Shown piece after piece: positions 8,193-18,226 of a stretch of 27,635 nucleotides of DNA. The stretch lies in assembly GCA_031372065.1 (NCBI GenBank), contig JANMKN010000066.1, positions 1 through 27,635 on the forward strand, written 5' to 3'. Positions within the stretch are counted from its first letter, which is position 1. Every line of letters begins with the position of its first letter. The notes below the pieces were generated by a model. The model did not search any database. It had not been told where the DNA came from and saw only the letters and a program-made list of their open reading frames with translations. The DNA is from Abditibacteriaceae bacterium. Its GTDB lineage: Bacteria; Armatimonadota; Abditibacteriia; Abditibacteriales; Abditibacteriaceae. The translations under genes and the position numbers were made by a program.

Positions 8193-8990
8193 TTAGGAAG
8201 ATGCCGCTTTGATGATGGCGGCGAAAGAATCGGCTTTGAGGCTGGCGCCGCCGACAAGAGCGCCGTCAATGTGTTCGCGTCCCAATAAATCGTGGGCATT
8301 ATCGGGCTTCACGCTGCCGCCATATTGAACGCGCACTTTTTGCGCGGCGGCTTCGCCAAATAATTCTCCTACAGCGGCTCGAATGACGCCGCAGACGCGA
8401 TTGGCTTCTTCGGCTTCGCAGGTTTCGCCGGTGCCAATGGCCCACACCGGTTCGTAAGCGAAAACGATTTCGGCGGTGTCGTCCACGCCTTGCAAGGCGG
8501 CGCGCGTTTGGCTTTGCACGATGCTATCGGTATCGCCCGCTTGACGCTCCGCCAAGGTTTCGCCGACGCAAATAATCGGCGTCAGGCCGTTTTCCAGCGC
8601 GGCGCGCGTTTTTTTGTTGACCGTTGTATCGTTATCGCCAAAGACTTTGCCGGCGTCGCCTTCGAGTTCGGGTTCGGGCACGCCAAAGCGTCCGCGCCGT
8701 TCGCTGTGGCCGACAAGCACATAAGTCGCGCCCGCATCTTTGAGAAACGGCGCCGACACTTCGCCTGTATAAGCGCCCGAAGCCTTCCAGAAAATGTCCT
8801 GCGCTCCGGTGGCAATGGCGCTGCCTTCGGCGGCTTCGGAAAGCACCGGCAACACAGTGAAAACGGGGCAAAGCAAAACTTCCACGCCCGTTACGCCTTC
8901 GATTAAAGGCTTTAATTCGTCCACAAAAGCCACCGCATCAACGATGGTTTTGTTTAATTTCCAGTTTCCGGCAATAAGTGGTGTGCGCAT
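8193..8990 (-). CDS. tpiA: Triosephosphate isomerase
   Basis: IAGNWK, GAYTGEVS, GHSERR, AYEPVWAIGTG, YGGSVKP, LVGGASL. Confidence 0.99.
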   Translation of the reverse strand: MRTPLIAGNWKLNKTIVDAVAFVDELKPLIEGVTGVEVLLCPVFTVLPVLSEAAEGSAIATGAQDIFWKASGAYTGEVSAPFLKDAGATYVLVGHSERRGRFGVPEPELEGDAGKVFGDNDTTVNKKTRAALENGLTPIICVGETLAERQAGDTDSIVQSQTRAALQGVDDTAEIVFAYEPVWAIGTGETCEAEEANRVCGVIRAAVGELFGEAAAQKVRVQYGGSVKPDNAHDLLGREHIDGALVGGASLKADSFAAIIKAASS

Positions 8991-9096
8991 GAAAAATTCG
9001 ATCTTTCAAAAAGTGAAATGGGCCAACTGCCCCAAAGTTTCTATCATAAAAACGCAGCGAGGGAAAGGCGGGGAAAGGCGCGTGCGTTGGCCGGAT

Positions 9097-9137
9097 AAAA
9101 CAAAAGCCTGTTGCGAAATGCAACAGGCTTTTGTTTT
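9097..9137 (-). terminator. Intrinsic terminator after the YccA-family gene
   Basis: 18-bp perfect inverted repeat aaaacaaaagcctgttgc / gcaacaggcttttgtttt, 11 nt after the stop. Confidence 0.85.
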
Positions 9138-9148
9138 GGTCGAGTTTT

Positions 9149-9883
9149 TCAATCGCTGCGGCTGCCTGCCAAAATGCGCAGAATTGCCATGAAAATGTTG
9201 AAAAAGTCCAAGAACAAATCTAACGCCGCCGCACAATAGCCTTTGGCATCGTAGCGATGAATGATCTGCGAGGTGTCATACAGCACAAAGCCGCTAAACA
9301 AAAACAGAGAAATCCATGCCATCCAGTAGCCAGCGCCCGAACTTTTGAAAAAGAAGGCGTTGGCTAATCCGCCGATGACAAGTGCGATGACACCAACAAA
9401 TAAAAAGCCGCCCATGAACGAAAAGTCTTTTTTCGAGACGAAAACATAAGCGGTCAGCGCGCCGAAAACCAGCACACTGAGAAACGCGGCTTGGGCCACG
9501 ATGCCGGGAAACGCACCTTCATACATAGACAGCAGTGGCGCGAAAAGAAAGCCGATCAAACCAGTGAAACTGAACAACGCAATGTAGTTCAGCCCTTCGG
9601 TGCGCGATACCGCGCCCGCAATCCACACGCCACCAAACATGAGGATGACGGCCAACCATGTCGAGGACAAAATGCCCACCGACACATTATACAACGGCGT
9701 ATTCAATGTGATACCGCCCATGACAATGGCCGATAAAATTCCAGCCAGAAAAAGCACATACGTTTTTTGAATAAACGCCATCTGCACTTCGGCGGACGAC
9801 TGCGCTACAGTCCAACCCGTGGATGTGTTAAACGCATTTGGTTGATTGCCCTGATTGTTTTGAAAAGGATTTTGATTCATCAT
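9149..9883 (-). CDS. Bax inhibitor-1/YccA family membrane protein
   Basis: FIQKTY, KKDFSFMGGFL, FSGFVLYDTSQII, AALDLFLDFFNIF; about 7 TM segments. Confidence 0.93.
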   Translation of the reverse strand: MMNQNPFQNNQGNQPNAFNTSTGWTVAQSSAEVQMAFIQKTYVLFLAGILSAIVMGGITLNTPLYNVSVGILSSTWLAVILMFGGVWIAGAVSRTEGLNYIALFSFTGLIGFLFAPLLSMYEGAFPGIVAQAAFLSVLVFGALTAYVFVSKKDFSFMGGFLFVGVIALVIGGLANAFFFKSSGAGYWMAWISLFLFSGFVLYDTSQIIHRYDAKGYCAAALDLFLDFFNIFMAILRILAGSRSD

Positions 9884-9939
9884 TTTCCCCCTTGAGATTA
9901 CGTCGCAATTTAAACGAGGCAGCCATGGACAGGAGCCAT

Positions 9940-11166
9940 TTATTTGTTGTCCAACACGGCCACACCGGGTAGTTCGAGGCCTTCAAGAAATTCCAAACTG
10001 GCGCCACCGCCGGTGGAAACGTGCGACATTTGGTCGGCCAAATCCATTTGCTTCACAGCAGCGGCGCTGTCGCCGCCGCCAATGATGGTCGTTGCTCCAT
10101 TTTTAGTAGCGCGTCCCACAGCTTCGGCCACAGCGCGCGTGCCAGTGGAGAAAGCCTCCACTTCAAAGCGGCCCATCGGCCCGTTCCATAGCACAGTTTT
10201 GGCGCCTTCGATGGCTTTGGTGTAGTTGGCAATTGTCTCCGGGCCGATGTCCATGCCCATTTTATCGGCAGGAATTTGTCCGGCGGGCACGAATTTGATT
10301 TCGGCGTCGTCCGTGTCGCGGTCAGCCACCAAAAAGTCGCTGGGCAAGCGAAAATCTTTGCCGCCCTCTTGAGCCAATTGCAAAAGCTCGGCGGCAATCG
10401 GCGCGTCTTCGGCTTTGAAATACGAGGTGCCCACTTCGCGTCCTTGCGCTTTTTCAAAGGCATAACTCATCGCGCCGCCCACCAAAAGTGTGTCCACCTT
10501 TGTTAGCAAATTGCGAATGACGCCGATTTTGTCGCTGACTTTCACGCCGCCCAAAATCGCCACAAAAGGCCGCGCCGGATTTTGCAACAGGGGGCCGAGA
10601 TGTTCCAATTCGCGCGCCATCAAAAGTCCGGCGACTGCCGGTTTGCCCGCTTCACGCATGGCGCGGGCCACGCCTTCGGTGGAAGCGTGCGCGCGATGCG
10701 CCGCGCCGAATGCATCATTGACATAAACATCGGCCAAATCAGCCAATTGCCGCGCAAATTCGGGATCGTTTTTCTCTTCTTCGGGATGGAATCGGAGATT
10801 TTCCAGCAGTAAAATCTCCGATTCTTCCAACTCACTTACGGCTTGGCCTACATCGGCGCCGACAGCACTGGAAACGGTGAAAATTTCTTTGGGCGCGCGA
10901 TCTCCGGCCATCATAAGTTCGCCCAGATGTTTGGCAATCGGCGCGAGGCGCAGCGATTCGACAACTTGGCCCTTGGGACGGCCAAAATGCGCCATCAAAA
11001 CAATTTTCGCGCCTTGCGACATCAAATAATTCAAGGTCGGCAGCGTTTCGCGAATGCGTGCATCATCGGTGATGCGTCCCTGTTCGTCCACCGGCACATT
11101 GTAATCCACGCGCATCAGCACAATCTTGTCCAGCAAATTCACGTCGGTGATAGATTTCTTGTTCAT
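9940..11166 (-). CDS. pgk: Phosphoglycerate kinase
   Basis: MRVDYNVP, AHFGRPKG, LLENLRF, NDAFGAAHRAHAS, WNGPMG, GGGDS, STGGGASLEFLEG. Confidence 0.99.
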   Translation of the reverse strand: MNKKSITDVNLLDKIVLMRVDYNVPVDEQGRITDDARIRETLPTLNYLMSQGAKIVLMAHFGRPKGQVVESLRLAPIAKHLGELMMAGDRAPKEIFTVSSAVGADVGQAVSELEESEILLLENLRFHPEEEKNDPEFARQLADLADVYVNDAFGAAHRAHASTEGVARAMREAGKPAVAGLLMARELEHLGPLLQNPARPFVAILGGVKVSDKIGVIRNLLTKVDTLLVGGAMSYAFEKAQGREVGTSYFKAEDAPIAAELLQLAQEGGKDFRLPSDFLVADRDTDDAEIKFVPAGQIPADKMGMDIGPETIANYTKAIEGAKTVLWNGPMGRFEVEAFSTGTRAVAEAVGRATKNGATTIIGGGDSAAAVKQMDLADQMSHVSTGGGASLEFLEGLELPGVAVLDNK

Positions 11167-11171
11167 GATTT

Positions 11172-11275
11172 ACCTTTGAAAACACAAAGGACACAAAGGC
11201 GCACAAAGTGCCACAAAGAGAGGTGAAAATCTTTGTGAGTCTTTGTGAATCCTTTGTGTCCTTTGTATTGGAAGG
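11172..11275. repeat. Inverted array of 9-10-bp CACAAAG repeats forming a long hairpin across the gap-pgk spacer
   Basis: cacaaag at 11183, 11192, 11202, 11212; ctttgt(g) at 11231, 11241, 11252, 11261; closed by acctt/aaggt. Confidence 0.9.
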
Positions 11276-11278
11276 TTC

Positions 11279-12295
11279 TTACAGTCCCTTGCTCACCATA
11301 TAATTGATGAGGTCGGCGACGCGGCAGGAATAACCCCACTCGTTGTCATACCAGCTCAACACTTTGAGCATTTTGTCGCCCATGACCATCGTTGTCGGCC
11401 CGTCCACGATGGACGAATGCGGATTGCCTTTGAAGTCCACGCTGACGAGTTCTTCGTCGCAAACATCAAGAATGCCCTTGAGAGGCCCAGCGGCAGCGGC
11501 GCGAAACGCAGCATTAGCAGCTTCGGCAGTGACACTTTTGGAAGTGTTCACCACAAGGTCAACAACAGAAACCGTCGGCGTCGGCACGCGCATGGACATA
11601 CCGTGCATTTTGCCTTTGAGTTCGGGAATCACAAGCGCAATGGCTTTGGCAGCGCCTGTTGAAGTGGGAATCATCGAAACCGCACCGGCGCGGGCGCGAC
11701 GCAAATCCTCATGCACCTGATCGTTCATGCGCTGATCGTTGGTGTAAGAGTGAATAGTGTTCATCAGGCCGCCTTCGATGCCGAAGGTGTCGAGAATCAC
11801 TTTAGCAATCGGCGCCAAGCAGTTGGTGGTGCAGCTTGCGTTAGAAACAACGTGATGCGCAGACGCATCGTATTTTTCGTTGTTGACGCCCATCGCGATT
11901 GTCAAGTCTTCGTTCTTGGCTGGAGCCGAGATGATGACTTTTTTGGCGCCGCCCGATTCGATGTGCGCTTTGGCTTTGGTGGCGTCGGTGAAAAAACCGG
12001 TGGATTCCACGACAATATCGGCGCCCACATCGGCCCAGCGCAGGTTAGCCGGGTCGCGTTCTTTGAATACTTTGACAAATTCGCCGTTGACGACAAAACC
12101 GTCTTCTTTCACTTCGACAGTGCCCGGAAACGCGCCGTAATTGCTGTCGTGCTTGAGCAAATGCGCGTTGGTGTGCGGGTCTGACAAATCGTTGATGGCT
12201 ACCACGTCAATGGTATCACCATATTTTTCGGTGATGGCCCGAAACGTGATGCGCCCGATGCGCCCGAAGCCATTTATGCCTACTTTAACCGCCAT
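11279..12295 (-). CDS. gap: Type I glyceraldehyde-3-phosphate dehydrogenase
   Basis: [62 protein letters not shown] upstream. Confidence 0.99.
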   Translation of the reverse strand: MAVKVGINGFGRIGRITFRAITEKYGDTIDVVAINDLSDPHTNAHLLKHDSNYGAFPGTVEVKEDGFVVNGEFVKVFKERDPANLRWADVGADIVVESTGFFTDATKAKAHIESGGAKKVIISAPAKNEDLTIAMGVNNEKYDASAHHVVSNASCTTNCLAPIAKVILDTFGIEGGLMNTIHSYTNDQRMNDQVHEDLRRARAGAVSMIPTSTGAAKAIALVIPELKGKMHGMSMRVPTPTVSVVDLVVNTSKSVTAEAANAAFRAAAAGPLKGILDVCDEELVSVDFKGNPHSSIVDGPTTMVMGDKMLKVLSWYDNEWGYSCRVADLINYMVSKGL

Positions 12296-12454
12296 GAGAG
12301 TGTTCTCCTTTGTTTTCCAAAAAATCTAATTTTCGGCGCACAGTATACTGATTATCAGCTTTGCGGCGCTTAACGTCCGCTTATAAAAGCAGCGCGTTTT
12401 GGTGCTGTGTTAGAGAATTTCCTGGAAACAAAACGTGTAAATCGGCTTGCCCCT

Positions 12455-13405
12455 ATGACTTTTTTACATCTGCCTTTCTTCGCCGAATTAGAAAAATCGC
12501 AAAATATTTTGATTGCGGGCGCGGGTGGCGGCTTTGATTTTTTCTGCGGCTTGCCGCTTTACGCCGCCTTGAAAAGCGCCGGGAAAACTGTGCATTTGGC
12601 GAATCTGAGTTTTTCGGATATTGCCGGTGCGCAGGCGCGGCGCCTTTCGGCGATTTGCGCCGAAGTGAATGCCGATTCGCTGGGAAACGAAGCCTATTTT
12701 CCCGAATTGCATTTTGCGCGTTGGATGCGCGGGCGCGGTGAAGAAGTCACGGTGTATAGTTTTCAAAAATCCGGCGTTGAACCGCTGCGTGAAGCCTACG
12801 AAATTTTGCAGCGTGAACTGGGTTTCGATACGCTGATTTTGGTGGACGGCGGCACTGATAGCCTGATGCGCGGCGACGAAGCCGGGCTTGGCACGCCGGT
12901 GGAAGATGTCACTTCGATTTTGGCCGCGAATCAATTACAAATTCCGCGTAAAATGCTGGCGTGTCTGGGATTTGGTGTGGATGCGTTTCACGGCGTTTGT
13001 CACGCGCAATTTCTCGAAGCGGTGGCCGATATTACCTGCGCGGGCGGCTTTTTGGGCATTTGGAGCCTGACAAACGATATGCCCGAAGCGATTTTTTATC
13101 GCGAGGCCAGCGAATTCGTCTTTCGCAAGATGCCGCGCTATCCGAGCATTGTTTCGTCGTCTATTTTGTCGGCGCTGGAAGGTCGTTTCGGCGATTATCA
13201 CACCACGGCGCGCACGCAGAATTCCAAACTTTTCATCAACGCACTGATGACGCTTTATTGGTGCTTCCAATTACAGCCTGTCGCGGCGCGCTTGCTTTAT
13301 CCTCAGGCGATTTTAAAAACAGAATCGGACTTTCAGTTGGCGCATATCATCGAAGAATTTCGTGAAAACGTCAAACGCAAACCTTACGAAGATTTGCCGA
13401 TGTAA
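12455..13405 (+). CDS. DUF1152-like protein of unknown function
   Basis: LIAGAGGGFD, LVDGGTDSLMRGDEAGLGTPVED, GFGVDAFHGVCH match my recollection of this family; ATG 12455 preferred over GTG 12407. Confidence 0.8.
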   Translation: MTFLHLPFFAELEKSQNILIAGAGGGFDFFCGLPLYAALKSAGKTVHLANLSFSDIAGAQARRLSAICAEVNADSLGNEAYFPELHFARWMRGRGEEVTVYSFQKSGVEPLREAYEILQRELGFDTLILVDGGTDSLMRGDEAGLGTPVEDVTSILAANQLQIPRKMLACLGFGVDAFHGVCHAQFLEAVADITCAGGFLGIWSLTNDMPEAIFYREASEFVFRKMPRYPSIVSSSILSALEGRFGDYHTTARTQNSKLFINALMTLYWCFQLQPVAARLLYPQAILKTESDFQLAHIIEEFRENVKRKPYEDLPM

Positions 13406-13458
13406 TCGCGATTTGGGCGTTTGAATCCTGTTTGCTGGGGCGCGCTAAACTGGGGGCG

Positions 13459-14730
13459 ATGACCGAACTTAATGTCGTTTCTCCGGCGCTGCAAAAACAC
13501 AGGTTGCGCGATTTAGATGCGCAGCAATGGAAAAGCGGCATCGCCGCGTGGCTGGGATGGATGTTCGACGGCCTGGATATGCATCTTTACACGCTGGTGG
13601 CGTTGCCGTTCGTGGCGCAGTTACTGGGCGTCCCGTCCACCAAAGACCCGGCGGTTGGTCATTACGCGTCTATTATTCAAGCGGCGTTTTTGTTTGGTTG
13701 GGCCTTGGGCGGCGGCTTTTTTGGATTGGTTGGTGACAGGTTAGGGCGCTCACGCACGCTTAGTCTGACTGTTCTCACCTACGCTGCGTTTACCGGCCTT
13801 TCGTTCTTTGCGCAAACGTGGTGGCACCTGATGATTTTTCGCTTTATCGCCGCGCTGGGCATTGGCGGCGAATGGGCAGTTGGCGCATCCTTGATTGCGG
13901 AAACATGGCCCAAACCGTGGCGCCCGTGGCTGGCGGCGATTCTACAAAGCGGCGTCAACATCGGCGTGCTGTGTGCCGTGATGATGGGCTTTCTTTTGGC
14001 GGGCTATGAGCCGAAGTTTTTATTTTTGGTCGGTGTTATTCCGGCTTTTGCCGTGTTTTGGATACGCCGCGCCGTGCCGGAGCCGGACGAATGGCACGCC
14101 GCCAAAGCTGAAAGCGTGGAGAAATCGCCCGGTATCGGCGAACTATTTCGCGGCGAGACGCGGCGCATTACGGTGTCTGTGCTTTTGGTGTGCGCTGTGG
14201 CGCTCACCGCGCATTGGGCGTTTATGTTTTGGCATATTCAGCACTTGCGCAATTTGCCCGAAGTGCTTTCGATGTCTTCCGAGGCGCAAAACAAGCTGGC
14301 GAGCCGCGTTTTGCTGCTTGTGATGGCCGGTTCCATCGCGGGGAACTTTTTTTGTGGCTGGATGGCGCGTTTTTTCGGTTATCGCGCCACGATTGCAGCG
14401 ACTTTTTGCTTTTATTTTGTGGCTATGGTGAGCGCCTATATGGTGCCGCGCGACCTTGCGACTTTGATGTATTGGTTTCCTTTTATTGGTTTTTGTCAGG
14501 GCGTTTTTGCCTTGTTCACCATGTATTTGCCGCCGCTTTTTCCCACTTTGCTGCGCACCACGGGCGCCGGATTTTGCTACAACATTGGGCGCGTCGCGGC
14601 GGCTTTTGGCACGGTGTTTTTCGGATTGTTTTCCAAGGTGGGCGATCACCGCGCCGCGCTGCTTTACGCGAGTTTTTTGTTTCTGCCTGCGGCAGCTTTG
14701 TCGTTTTTTATGCCGCACGTTAAAGATTGA
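13459..14730 (+). CDS. Major facilitator superfamily transporter
   Basis: GWMFDGLD, motif A GLVGDRLGRSR, RFIAALGIGGEW, LFPTLLRTTG; about 12 TM segments; ATG 13459 preferred. Confidence 0.95.
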   Translation: MTELNVVSPALQKHRLRDLDAQQWKSGIAAWLGWMFDGLDMHLYTLVALPFVAQLLGVPSTKDPAVGHYASIIQAAFLFGWALGGGFFGLVGDRLGRSRTLSLTVLTYAAFTGLSFFAQTWWHLMIFRFIAALGIGGEWAVGASLIAETWPKPWRPWLAAILQSGVNIGVLCAVMMGFLLAGYEPKFLFLVGVIPAFAVFWIRRAVPEPDEWHAAKAESVEKSPGIGELFRGETRRITVSVLLVCAVALTAHWAFMFWHIQHLRNLPEVLSMSSEAQNKLASRVLLLVMAGSIAGNFFCGWMARFFGYRATIAATFCFYFVAMVSAYMVPRDLATLMYWFPFIGFCQGVFALFTMYLPPLFPTLLRTTGAGFCYNIGRVAAAFGTVFFGLFSKVGDHRAALLYASFLFLPAAALSFFMPHVKD

Positions 14731-14820
14731 ATCATCGCATTTCTGTAACACAGCCGACACATTTTTCATTTAAAATGAAAGCGGCGCTTTGGCGCCTCGA
14801 AATTCAAATTGCATCTCGTT

Positions 14821-17800
14821 ATGAACACTTCAACTTCACCGGATTTTTCGACTGCCAACCGGCAAATGCTGCACTACGTCAACCTGAAATTGGCCTTTTT
14901 GGGCGTGCCGTCATCGAACGCGGCGGGCGAACCAGAATTCGACAAAATGCTGACTGCGCTACTCGCGCATCAGCAGGAAACAGATCGCCTTTTGGCTGAT
15001 TATTTATGCCCCGCCGACCAGCGCATTCAAGATTTTCTGACGCGCTATTTAGCCGATGTGGAAAGCGAAAATGCGCTGCCTTGCCCGAAATTACCGGCGC
15101 GCACCTTTCGTCTTGACCAAGCGGGCGTGGCGCGCGCTGTTTCGCTGCCGCCCGACCAAGACGAATTCAAATCGGACATCGTGCATTCGTATCGCTTGCA
15201 AAACGGCGTGCTGCACAATCCCAAAAGCGACAGGCGCACTACCAAGGGCGTTTTTCACATTGTCGAAGGCGGTTTGCCGGTGCCGGACGACAAAAAAACG
15301 GTGCCGAAAAAAGCCTATGCGCATCTGCTGAAAATCGCGCTCAATCCGCCGCGCTCTTTGATGGCATTGCCCTTTACGGCCTCGCAAAAAGAGCAGGCCG
15401 AATGTTGGGTGACTCTGCTTTTGCGTCCGCTGGTTTGCCCCGGCGTGCCGGGTTACATTCACGAAAAGCGCATGGAAACACGCTTTTTCGTGCCCGGCAA
15501 TTTGGTGGGCAATCTGGACTTCGTGGAAAGCATTTTCGGCAACGCGGGCGACCCCTATTTGCCGTGCAACGATGCCGCGCTCGATATCGAAGGCTGGACG
15601 GGGCACACCGGCTGCGTGATTTTGGCGCCGCATCTAACGGGCGTCAAAAAAGTGGATGTCGGTCTGCCGCATTGGGATTATGCTACCGAACGGCAACGCC
15701 GCGATGGAATGTGTTGGCAGGACGAAAACGAGCTTTACAACGACGGCAATGCCTTTAAAGTGGCGTGTCGTGATGAAAGCGGCGTGATGGTGACGATTAT
15801 CACCGACAACTATTTTGGCTACTGCAAAAAAGAAGTCAAAACGCAAATTTCGTTCGCCGCGAACTTGGCCGGTTTCTACGAAGAAGAACACGCCGGCGGT
15901 GCTTTGGTGTTTCCATCTTACGATTTGGGCGAAGAGTATTCCGGCGGCGTTCATGCGCCGAAATTGGATTATTCCTATCCCGAAGTTTTGCGACTTTACG
16001 GCGATGTTTTGAACGTGCATCCCGATGGCTACGCGACGGACAAAAATTACGACAGCATCATTTATGTGCCCGAAGATGCGCACTTCGATTTAGCCTCGCA
16101 GTTGGTGACGTGGGATATAAAAGGCGGCGTGGCGCGTATAAAACTTGCGCCCGGTAAAGTGTATGTGCGGCCTTCGGGCTATCGCGTGCAAATGGAAAAA
16201 CCGCCCGGCGGACGCAGTTGGCGCTTGGTCGGCACTGTCGGCGAAGGCACGCTTTGTCACAAGCCTTGCACGGTTTCGGGCGGCGGCAAATCGGAAATTT
16301 CCAAGTCGCTTTCCGATGCCATTTTGCATGGCCCGGTTTTTGTGGCGGACTTTCAAAAAGATTTCGATAGGGTCGCCGAAATCATGAATCGCGATTTTTC
16401 GGGACGCTTTAGCGCAGAATATCTGGCCGATAAAAAACCGACTTCGCCCGACAGCCGCCCGATTCTCAGCCCGGCGCGCTCGCTGGGTTCGGTGATTAAA
16501 TTACTGACGCCCGCTTCGCGCGATTACACCGAAGACTACAACGAACAATTGAACGCCATTCCGCAATACATTAAGGAATTGGTTTATGTGGTCAAGCGCT
16601 TTTATAAAGCCGAATGGGGTAATAACTGGCGTGAGCATTTTTCGGTGGACGTGATTAACGGCACGCCGGGCAACGAACTGAAAATGGACAACCGCAAACT
16701 GATTTCCAACTTTTTGCGTGTGGGCTACGAAGCCGACGGCTCGTGGCGCGTTTTTGGTTTGCGCAAAGATTTTCATCCGGCCATGAAAATCTCGATGGAA
16801 GACGATATTTCCGCGTCCATCGTGGTGCCCAGCGAAGAATTGAAAGGCCTTAACTCGGATTATCTAAATTCGGCTGTCAAATTCGTCGAAAACTGCGAAA
16901 CGCGCCTCTTTCAGCGCCCCGACGACGCGGTGATTCGCGGTTACGACAAGCAAACCGAAAGCGATTTTGCGCAAAGTGACAACTTCTTTTCCAACTACGA
17001 ACCGCTCCGCGCACAAGACGCGCATGACATCAAAGAAGACACCATCGGTTTCGATCAATACACCGAGCCTATGCGTGAATTAATTGAAACGATGGACGAA
17101 AAAGCGAATGGTTTTTTCGTGGCGACTTCGCATCCGCGCATAGTAGACGGCGCGCCCTCGAAAAACCCGCGTTATTTGCAATTGCGCCCCGATTTAACGC
17201 ATCCGCGCGACGCTTATGTGGCGCGCATGGGCACGCGCATGAATCGCAAATTGCCGCTCCATGCGCCGCTGCATTTGCCGGTCAACGCCGTCCTGCCGGG
17301 CCGCCGCAACAACCCGCCCGAAGCGGGCATTCGCGCGCTGGCGGTTTACAATCCGATTCATTATATGGAACTGCCCGAACTCTTTATGGAGTTCATTTGT
17401 TCGATGACCGGCAAGTCGCCTTCGACTACCGGCGCGGGCAGCGAAGGCGCCTTAACCAAAGGCCCATTCAATGCGCTTTTGCCGATTGAAGATTTGAATA
17501 ACGCGCTGATTGCGTTTGTGCTGACGGGCTACGAAGTTTTCATCACGGCAACGGGTTATATCGGCCCTTATGCGCGCATGGATCATGACATCAGCTTGCT
17601 GGTGCCCGAAGTGTGGAGCCGGATGCAGGTTTTCGAGCGCGACCCGCAATTTCTGATTCGCAACGGTTATTTGGAAAAATGCGAAGACATGGAATTCAAC
17701 GGCGAAAAAGTGCTGACCAGTCGCCTTGGCTATCGCATCACGCGGCGTTTTGTGAAGACGTATTTCGGGCGCGTTTTCAATCATCCGCACACGATTTTTA

Positions 17801-18222
17801 CCGATGAAATGCTGCGTCCCGAAAAGCAAAATCTGGAAATCATCGTGGACGGCATGAACAACATTGTCGAAACGCAAGGGCACGTCGCCGAAGGCTATTT
17901 CAAAGATGGCAGCATCGAACTGGCTTGCCCGCCGCTGCACGCGCTCTTGAACATCATGCAAACCGGCTATTTTCAAGGCAAAGCGCTGCATAACCCGGCG
18001 ATTCGTGCTTTGTTCTCGAAAGAAAGTTTGCTGGACAGCGATTGGTTCAAGCAGCGCCAAGTCACTTTGCGCCAGCGCGATGACCAGTTGTGGCAGCGCC
18101 ATGTCGCTTATTTGGAAGCGTTTCTCCAAAAAGCCAATTACGCCGACGAAGCCGCGCGCCTTCATATTCCGGCCAAGCTGGAAGCGGCGCGTGGCAAAGT
18201 GGAAGGCCAAAGCAAAGGCTGA
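14821..18222 (+). CDS. Pyrophosphate-dependent phosphoenolpyruvate carboxykinase (PEP carboxytransphosphorylase, EC 4.1.1.38)
   Basis: About 1130 aa; NGVLHNPKSDRRTTKGVFH, DNYFGYCKKEVKTQ, EEEHAGGA, HKPCTVSGGGKSEISK, TGKSPSTTGAGSEGALTKGPFNAL, recognised as the Entamoeba/Propionibacterium PPi-PEPCK family. Confidence 0.88.
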   Translation: MNTSTSPDFSTANRQMLHYVNLKLAFLGVPSSNAAGEPEFDKMLTALLAHQQETDRLLADYLCPADQRIQDFLTRYLADVESENALPCPKLPARTFRLDQAGVARAVSLPPDQDEFKSDIVHSYRLQNGVLHNPKSDRRTTKGVFHIVEGGLPVPDDKKTVPKKAYAHLLKIALNPPRSLMALPFTASQKEQAECWVTLLLRPLVCPGVPGYIHEKRMETRFFVPGNLVGNLDFVESIFGNAGDPYLPCNDAALDIEGWTGHTGCVILAPHLTGVKKVDVGLPHWDYATERQRRDGMCWQDENELYNDGNAFKVACRDESGVMVTIITDNYFGYCKKEVKTQISFAANLAGFYEEEHAGGALVFPSYDLGEEYSGGVHAPKLDYSYPEVLRLYGDVLNVHPDGYATDKNYDSIIYVPEDAHFDLASQLVTWDIKGGVARIKLAPGKVYVRPSGYRVQMEKPPGGRSWRLVGTVGEGTLCHKPCTVSGGGKSEISKSLSDAILHGPVFVADFQKDFDRVAEIMNRDFSGRFSAEYLADKKPTSPDSRPILSPARSLGSVIKLLTPASRDYTEDYNEQLNAIPQYIKELVYVVKRFYKAEWGNNWREHFSVDVINGTPGNELKMDNRKLISNFLRVGYEADGSWRVFGLRKDFHPAMKISMEDDISASIVVPSEELKGLNSDYLNSAVKFVENCETRLFQRPDDAVIRGYDKQTESDFAQSDNFFSNYEPLRAQDAHDIKEDTIGFDQYTEPMRELIETMDEKANGFFVATSHPRIVDGAPSKNPRYLQLRPDLTHPRDAYVARMGTRMNRKLPLHAPLHLPVNAVLPGRRNNPPEAGIRALAVYNPIHYMELPELFMEFICSMTGKSPSTTGAGSEGALTKGPFNALLPIEDLNNALIAFVLTGYEVFITATGYIGPYARMDHDISLLVPEVWSRMQVFERDPQFLIRNGYLEKCEDMEFNGEKVLTSRLGYRITRRFVKTYFGRVFNHPHTIFTDEMLRPEKQNLEIIVDGMNNIVETQGHVAEGYFKDGSIELACPPLHALLNIMQTGYFQGKALHNPAIRALFSKESLLDSDWFKQRQVTLRQRDDQLWQRHVAYLEAFLQKANYADEAARLHIPAKLEAARGKVEGQSKG

Positions 18223-18226
18223 AATT

